From the NCBI GenBank assembly GCA_944381115.1, contig CALWJV010000008.1, positions 3,612 through 67,611 on the forward strand: 64,000 nucleotides of DNA. The letters are read 5' to 3'. The position numbers and the translations under genes are program-made. Of the stretch, positions 58,425 to 64,000 are shown in pieces; position 1 is the stretch's first letter, and each line of letters starts with the position of its first letter. The notes beneath the pieces were generated by a model that searched no databases, was not told the origin of the DNA, and worked only from the letters and a program-made list of their open reading frames with translations. This stretch comes from an uncultured Clostridia bacterium (GTDB lineage: Bacteria; Bacillota; Clostridia; Oscillospirales; CAG-272).

Positions 58425-58599
58425 ATAATTGGATTTATAAAAAAGATTATAAAACCGCATATTATAATTAATTTGTTTTAAAAGAATTTTTAAAATATGT
58501 TTTAGCACCAAACATTTTAATAAATAAAATAATAAAAGAAGTAAATAATAAAATGAAATTATAATTAATAAAAAATATAAAAATATTTGAGGAGAAAAA

Positions 58600-59622
58600 A
58601 TGGAAAAGTATATGATCACACTGCTGCCGATGCTTGCATGTCTTGTGGGAACTTCAGTTATTCTTCATTTTTTAATTCCTGTTCTTAAAGGAAGGAAAAT
58701 GGGACAAAAAATTCTTGATATCGGACCGCGCTGGCATAAAGACAAAGAAGGAACACCGACAATGGGAGGTCTTTCGTTTCTTTTTACGGTTACAGCCGTT
58801 TCAACAGTAAGTGCTATTTTTCTTTTTTATAATAATTACTTAGAAAAAAAGGAATTTTTAGGAATAATTATAACCTTGTCATACGCTTTATTGAACGGTT
58901 TCATAGGAATTACAGATGACATTAGAAAGTTTAAGCGCGGAAAAAATGAAGGATTGACCGCAAAAGAAAAATATTTTTTACAGTTTATATTATCTATTGC
59001 CTATATAATCACACTTTTAAAACTTGGTTCTGTAAGTACAAATTTATATATTCCGTTTTTAGATATAAGTATAGAGTTAAACTTTTTTTGGTATATCTTT
59101 GCACTGCTTTTTTTGACCGGCTTTGGAAATGCGGTAAATCTTACTGACGGCATAGACGGACTTTGCGGAAGTGTCACGGCAACAGTATCGTTATTTTTTA
59201 TAGCGTTTTATCTTATTGTAGGCGACATATCTTCTTCTGTATTTGCATCAGCACTTTTTGGAGGTTGTCTTGGATTTTTGGTGTATAATCTTCATCCGGC
59301 AAAGGTATTTATGGGAGATACCGGATCACTTTTTCTCGGGGCATCGGTAAGCGGATTAGCGCTTTTAAGCGGTAATCCGTTAATATTGTTTTCAGTTGGT
59401 ATAGTTTATTTGATAGAAGCATTATCGGTGATAATTCAGGTCATATTTTTTAAATTTACGGGTAAAAGAGTATTTCTTATGGCGCCGATCCACCACCATT
59501 TTGAAAAGAAAGGATTAAGCGAAGGAAAAATAACATTTATTGCTGTTATTTTTACTGTTGTATTTTCCGTTATTACATTTTTGTTCGGTATTAATGGTAT
59601 AAAAATGTTTTTTATAAATTAA
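58600..59622 (+). CDS. mraY: Phospho-N-acetylmuramoyl-pentapeptide transferase
   Basis: GTPTMGG, NAVNLTDGIDGL, GDTGSLFLG, APIHHHFE. Confidence 0.95.
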   Translation: MEKYMITLLPMLACLVGTSVILHFLIPVLKGRKMGQKILDIGPRWHKDKEGTPTMGGLSFLFTVTAVSTVSAIFLFYNNYLEKKEFLGIIITLSYALLNGFIGITDDIRKFKRGKNEGLTAKEKYFLQFILSIAYIITLLKLGSVSTNLYIPFLDISIELNFFWYIFALLFLTGFGNAVNLTDGIDGLCGSVTATVSLFFIAFYLIVGDISSSVFASALFGGCLGFLVYNLHPAKVFMGDTGSLFLGASVSGLALLSGNPLILFSVGIVYLIEALSVIIQVIFFKFTGKRVFLMAPIHHHFEKKGLSEGKITFIAVIFTVVFSVITFLFGINGIKMFFIN

Positions 59623-59723
59623 CAAAAGAAAAAAATTGTAAAATAATCAAGTATGCTTTAAACAAAAAATATCCTGTTTTGGTTTGAAGATATGAATAAA
59701 TAAAATTTGGAGAAGGAATAAAA

Positions 59724-60911
59724 ATGAAATTACCGCTAAAAACAAGTACCGCAGGTAAACGGGATTTTTTCGGTATCGATAAAACAATGACACTAATTAT
59801 TTTTTTGCTGCTGATTTTTGGATCCGTTATGGTTTTTTCTGCAAGCGCCCCATATGCAAAAAGCACATATGGGGACGGATACTACTTTGTTAAGCGGCAA
59901 ATATTTTGGGTAATTATCGGTGTATTAGGAATGTCTGTTTGTGCTGCGATGCCACTTTCGTTTCATAAAAAATATACCGCTCCCATAGGATTTTCAATAG
60001 CACTGCTTTGTCTTGTCCTGGTGCTCCTTTCCGGCGCAAGCGTAAAACGTTGGTTAAATCTCGGCTTTTTCAGTTTTCAGCCATCTGAACTTATGAAGCC
60101 GATGCTGATACTTATTTTGGCGCTTTACATGGAAAAGGTTCAGCCATACATAAGAAAAAACGGTATAAGCGGCAGAAGGAGAGGTAAAATTTCCGATAAA
60201 AAACAATTTTTAAGGTCTTCTCTTTACGGAACATTTATTCCTGTTTTGATAGTTGCTTTTGTTTGTGTGCTGATAATGTTGGAAAATCATTTTTCAGGGA
60301 CAATCATAACCTTTGCAATAGGAGCCGCGGTTATCTTTGCAGGCGGCGCCATGCTTAGGTGGTTTGCCGGTGCAGGTGCAATAATGGCAGGAATTGTTTT
60401 TACGGTTCTTTTCGGTACGGATTACGCAAGCGAAAGAATAGACATATGGCTCCATCCCGAAAATTTTTCGGTAAGGGACGAAACATGGCAGATAACTCAG
60501 GGTCTGATAGCCATAGGATTCGGAGGTATTTTCGGAAGAGGACTTGGAAACGGACTTCAAAAACAGTTGTATGTATCCGCAGCGCATAATGATTTTATTT
60601 TCTCAATTGTTTGTGAGGAACTTGGATTAATCGGAGCGACGGCGGTAATAATTCTTTTTGGCGCATTTGTCAAAAGAGGACTTAAAATAGCGTCTGAAGC
60701 CGATACTCTTTTCGGATCGCTTACAGCTGTCGGGATAACAGTGCATGTAGGTCTTCAGGCGTTTTTGAATATAGGTGTTGTTACCGGTACCATTCCAAAT
60801 ACCGGAGTAACGCTCCCTTTTTTCAGTTATGGCGGCAGTGCATTGGTCGTTCTTCTTTGTGAAATGGGAATACTTTTATCCGTTTCAAAAAAAGAAGCAC
60901 CTGACTATTGA
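59724..60911 (+). CDS. ftsW: SEDS-family peptidoglycan glycosyltransferase (FtsW/SpoVE)
   Basis: 10-TM protein with FQPSELMK, HNDFIFS and LPFFSYGGS motifs, between mraY and murG. Confidence 0.9.
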   Translation: MKLPLKTSTAGKRDFFGIDKTMTLIIFLLLIFGSVMVFSASAPYAKSTYGDGYYFVKRQIFWVIIGVLGMSVCAAMPLSFHKKYTAPIGFSIALLCLVLVLLSGASVKRWLNLGFFSFQPSELMKPMLILILALYMEKVQPYIRKNGISGRRRGKISDKKQFLRSSLYGTFIPVLIVAFVCVLIMLENHFSGTIITFAIGAAVIFAGGAMLRWFAGAGAIMAGIVFTVLFGTDYASERIDIWLHPENFSVRDETWQITQGLIAIGFGGIFGRGLGNGLQKQLYVSAAHNDFIFSIVCEELGLIGATAVIILFGAFVKRGLKIASEADTLFGSLTAVGITVHVGLQAFLNIGVVTGTIPNTGVTLPFFSYGGSALVVLLCEMGILLSVSKKEAPDY

Positions 60912-61032
60912 AACAAAATTTTTAATTTTTAAATATATAACACATAATAAATTAAAAATGTTGAGCTTCATAAGATTATAAAAAATGAGAATAATAAAAG
61001 TAATATAAAATATCAAAAAGAAAGGAAAAAGG

Positions 61033-62142
61033 ATGAGAGTAATATTTGCCGGCGGAGGAACCGCAGGACATATAAACCCTGCAATTGCAATAGCCGATTC
61101 AATCCGTAAAATGGACGCAAAAAGCGAAATACTTTTCATAGGAACAAAAGGGGGGATGGAAAACCGGCTTTGTGCGGAGGCAGGTTATCCTGTTTGGCAC
61201 ATAGATGTATGCGGAATAAAAAGAAAAATATGTTTTGACAATGTAAAGGCGTTGTATAAAGCGTTTACGGCAACTTCAAAAGCAAAAAAAATGATAGAAA
61301 AATTTCGCCCTGACGCCGTCATAGGTACTGGGGGATATATATGTTACCCTGTTGTACGGGCAGCATCGTCAATGGGTGTTTTTACTGCGTTACACGAATC
61401 TAATGCGATACCTGGTATGGCGGTCAAAATGCTGAAAAATAAAGTTGACAGAATATATGTAAATTTTGAAGAATGTGCAGGTCTTCTCGGGGGAGGAAAA
61501 AATATAATCAGAAGCGGGAATCCAATGAGAACACATTCTTTAAACAGAGAGAAGACAAGGGAAGAACTTGATATAGCCGGAAAGTACAGATATGTGTTAT
61601 TAAGTTTTGGAGGAAGCCTGGGGGCAGAAACAATAAATCGCGAATGTCTGAAACTAATGAAAAATTTTACTTCAAAAAGAACGGATATATTTCACATTCA
61701 CGCCGTCGGAAAAAACGGGTATCCGGAGTTTTGCCGGAATTTTTCCGAACAGGGTCTTAGCGGATGTAAAAACATATCCATAAGAGAGTATATATATGAT
61801 ATGCCGAAATGGTTAACCGCCGCAGATCTTGTTATATGCCGGAGCGGTGCTATGACGCTGTCTGAAATAGCAGCGTCCGGAAGGGCGTCTATATTGATAC
61901 CGTCTCCAAACGTTACAGATAACCATCAGTATAAAAACGCCAAAGCATTTTCAGATGCAGGTGCGGCTTATACACTTTGCGAGGGTAGTCCGGAACTTGA
62001 TCGTCTCTCGGAACTTGCAGAAACAGTTCTTTCGGACAAAAAAGTAAGGGAAAAAATGGAGGAAAATGCAAAAACATTTGATTTTCCCGGTGCTGCCGAA
62101 ATGATTGCCGGGGAAATATTCAAATTAAAAGAAAATATCTGA
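61033..62142 (+). CDS. murG: UDP-N-acetylglucosamine--N-acetylmuramyl-(pentapeptide) pyrophosphoryl-undecaprenol N-acetylglucosamine transferase
   Basis: FAGGGTAGHINPAIA, GGSLGA, and the RSGAMTLSE region. Confidence 0.92.
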   Translation: MRVIFAGGGTAGHINPAIAIADSIRKMDAKSEILFIGTKGGMENRLCAEAGYPVWHIDVCGIKRKICFDNVKALYKAFTATSKAKKMIEKFRPDAVIGTGGYICYPVVRAASSMGVFTALHESNAIPGMAVKMLKNKVDRIYVNFEECAGLLGGGKNIIRSGNPMRTHSLNREKTREELDIAGKYRYVLLSFGGSLGAETINRECLKLMKNFTSKRTDIFHIHAVGKNGYPEFCRNFSEQGLSGCKNISIREYIYDMPKWLTAADLVICRSGAMTLSEIAASGRASILIPSPNVTDNHQYKNAKAFSDAGAAYTLCEGSPELDRLSELAETVLSDKKVREKMEENAKTFDFPGAAEMIAGEIFKLKENI

Positions 62143-62225
62143 AAAATAACAGTGAACAGAAAAAACAAATAATAAATTCGTATATGTAATTAAAAATTGA
62201 AATGAGTCTGATTAAACAATAAAAA

Positions 62226-63059
62226 TTAAGATGGTTTTTCCGGACTGTCATCCGGACTCATGGGCATTTCGTTTGTAATAGTTGCATATTTTGTCGGGGA
62301 GCACCCGAAATAATTTTTGAACGCCCTGGAAAAAACAAATACATCGGTATACCCTACCGATCCTGCCGTTACGGCAACGCTGCAGTTGTATATAGTTAAA
62401 AGTTTTGCTGCCTCTTTCATACGAAGTTCGGACAGATATTCTCCGGGCGTTTTTTTAGTTATGTGCTTAAAAATAACTGAGAAGTAAGATCGGTTGATAT
62501 GAAGTCTTTTTGAAATATCACCGACATTTATTTCGTTACAGAATTCGGACTCCATAATCGTCAGAGCAGGTTTTATATATCTTTCAGATACTTCTGACGA
62601 TATACGGTCGTTTGAGTAAAAAAAAGCGCATATTTCAAATATTTTTCCGCATAAAAATGCCTCATAACCGAGACGACCGTTTTCAAAATTTTGGTTATCT
62701 ACCGCATCAGAAAATATTTTTTCAAGAAAAGGGGCATAAACGGTGTCGGCGCTATTCAGTATCGTCGGCAGAGTTATATTGCAGTTAAACCCGATCCATA
62801 TGTAACTCCAAGGGTCATTTTTATCTGCTTCGTAGTAAGTGATTTCGTATGGTCTTATAATGAAAAGATCGTTTTTCTCAAGAAAAAATTTTCCTCTCTG
62901 TGTGAAGAAAGTTCCTTTGCCTGATATAACAAAATGCAATAAATAATAAGTTCTTGTTGCCGGTCCGTAACTGTGGGATGGATCGCAAATTTGTTTTCCG
63001 CACTGAACGGGATTTATATCATTATAATTTTGATTAATAATGGTCCTGTTTATAAACAT
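62226..63059 (-). CDS. AraC-family transcriptional regulator (cupin sensor plus HTH)
   Basis: C-terminal dual HTH (ISKRLHINRSYFSVIFKHITKKTPGEYL...GYTDVFVFSRAFKNYFGCSP). Divergent from the GH4 gene. Confidence 0.85.
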   Translation of the reverse strand: MFINRTIINQNYNDINPVQCGKQICDPSHSYGPATRTYYLLHFVISGKGTFFTQRGKFFLEKNDLFIIRPYEITYYEADKNDPWSYIWIGFNCNITLPTILNSADTVYAPFLEKIFSDAVDNQNFENGRLGYEAFLCGKIFEICAFFYSNDRISSEVSERYIKPALTIMESEFCNEINVGDISKRLHINRSYFSVIFKHITKKTPGEYLSELRMKEAAKLLTIYNCSVAVTAGSVGYTDVFVFSRAFKNYFGCSPTKYATITNEMPMSPDDSPEKPS

Positions 63060-63219
63060 TGTTATTTCCTTTCAATAAAAAATCACTCTGATGTAATTAT
63101 AAATTAAAAACAAACAAAATGCAATTGAAAAATGTAAATTATTTTGATATAATAGCGATGGTAAGGCGTTTCAGTCTTCAAAAGGGAACAAAAATTAAAA
63201 ATTAACGGAGGAAAAACAA

Positions 63220-64000
63220 ATGGGAAGAATCACATTTATGGGAGCCGGAAGTACGGTTTTTGCAAAAAACGTACTCGGCGACTCCATGCTTACCCCGGCA
63301 TTATGCGATTTTGAGATTGCACTTTATGACATAGATAAAGAGCGTCTTGAACAGTCCTATACAATGGTAACGCTTTTAAATAAAAATACAAACCAAAACA
63401 GGGCAAAGGTATATAAATACCTCGGAGTTGAAAACCGCAAAGCGGCACTTAAAGGTGCAGACTTTGTTGTAAATGCAGTTCAGATCGGAGGATATGACCC
63501 TTGCACCATAACAGACTTTGAAATCCCGAAAAAATACGGTCTGCGCCAAACTATTGCTGATACGATAGGGATAGGAGGTATTTTTCGTGCACTTCGTACC
63601 ATTCCGGTCCTCGAAGATTTTGCAAAAGATATGATGGAAGTCTGTCCTGATGCGTGGTTCCTTAATTACACGAACCCTATGGCAATACTGACCGGATATA
63701 TGCTGAGATTTACAGATGTAAAAACAGTAGGTCTTTGCCACAGCGTGCAAGTTTGTTCAAACGGACTTTTATCTGCGCTTAAGATAGACGCAAAGCGCCC
63801 GCTTAAAGAAAAGATAGCAGGTATCAATCATATGGCATGGTTGCTTCAGCTTGAAGATGCGGACGGGAATGACCTTTATCCGGAAATACGCCGCCGTGTT
63901 ATAGCAGAACTTGAAAAGATGCCGAACAGTCAGTGTAAGGATCTTGTACGTTACGAATACATAAGACGTCTAGGTTATTACTGCACCGAATCAAGCGAGC
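63220..64000 (+). CDS. melA: GH4 alpha-galactosidase/alpha-glucosidase (NAD- and Mn-dependent), 5' part; runs off the right edge
   Basis: Hand translation MGRITFMGAGSTVFAKNVLGD...GADFVVNAVQIGGY...PDAWFLNYTNPMAILT...VGLCHSV, which are GH4 hallmarks. GGAGG RBS. Confidence 0.8.
   Translation, partial: MGRITFMGAGSTVFAKNVLGDSMLTPALCDFEIALYDIDKERLEQSYTMVTLLNKNTNQNRAKVYKYLGVENRKAALKGADFVVNAVQIGGYDPCTITDFEIPKKYGLRQTIADTIGIGGIFRALRTIPVLEDFAKDMMEVCPDAWFLNYTNPMAILTGYMLRFTDVKTVGLCHSVQVCSNGLLSALKIDAKRPLKEKIAGINHMAWLLQLEDADGNDLYPEIRRRVIAELEKMPNSQCKDLVRYEYIRRLGYYCTESSE

Overview
Low-GC (roughly one-third GC by eye) chromosomal segment from an endospore-forming Clostridia-type Firmicute. All calls come from reading motifs in the ORF translations and hand-folding RNAs; no searches were run.

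Most of the window is ordinary core genome:
- Central metabolism and translation: fba, ackA, tmcAL, a ttcA-like gene, rqcH, ispE, lysC, secG, ade, and tRNA-Trp, tRNA-Thr, tRNA-Ser and tmRNA.
- Sporulation and envelope: an M50 site-2 protease, two NodB deacetylases including a pdaA-like gene, a SipL-like DUF3794-LysM protein, spoIVB, and a dcw block (class B PBP, murE, murF, mraY, ftsW/spoVE, murG).
- Glycan use: a GPH transporter with GH2, GH29, a rhamnosidase-like six-hairpin GH, and AraC with GH4.

Four patches stand out:
1. 1-5178 is a higher-GC island abutting ssrA. It carries decayed mobilisable-element genes (HTH, MobC without a relaxase, a RepA_N protein) and a tightly coupled NurA-like / HerA-like / GHKL-ATPase operon cut by the left window edge. 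This operon is my best candidate for a defence-type system.
2. 17.2-20.7 kb, downstream of tRNA-Trp, holds five copies of a tRNA-3'-end-like repeat, a truncated ABC gene behind a YtrA-type GntR regulator, and a catalytically dead YugP-family peptidase homolog.
3. 42.3-44.7 kb, downstream of tRNA-Ser, holds an att-like duplicate of the tRNA 3' end and a decayed MerR/aldo-keto-reductase fusion.
4. 45.1-51.2 kb is a compact glycan locus in which an aldolase, a PLP decarboxylase and a fold-type IV aminotransferase are interleaved with a priming phosphoglycosyl transferase and two glycosyltransferases.

No CRISPR array, rRNA or intact transposase/integrase was seen.
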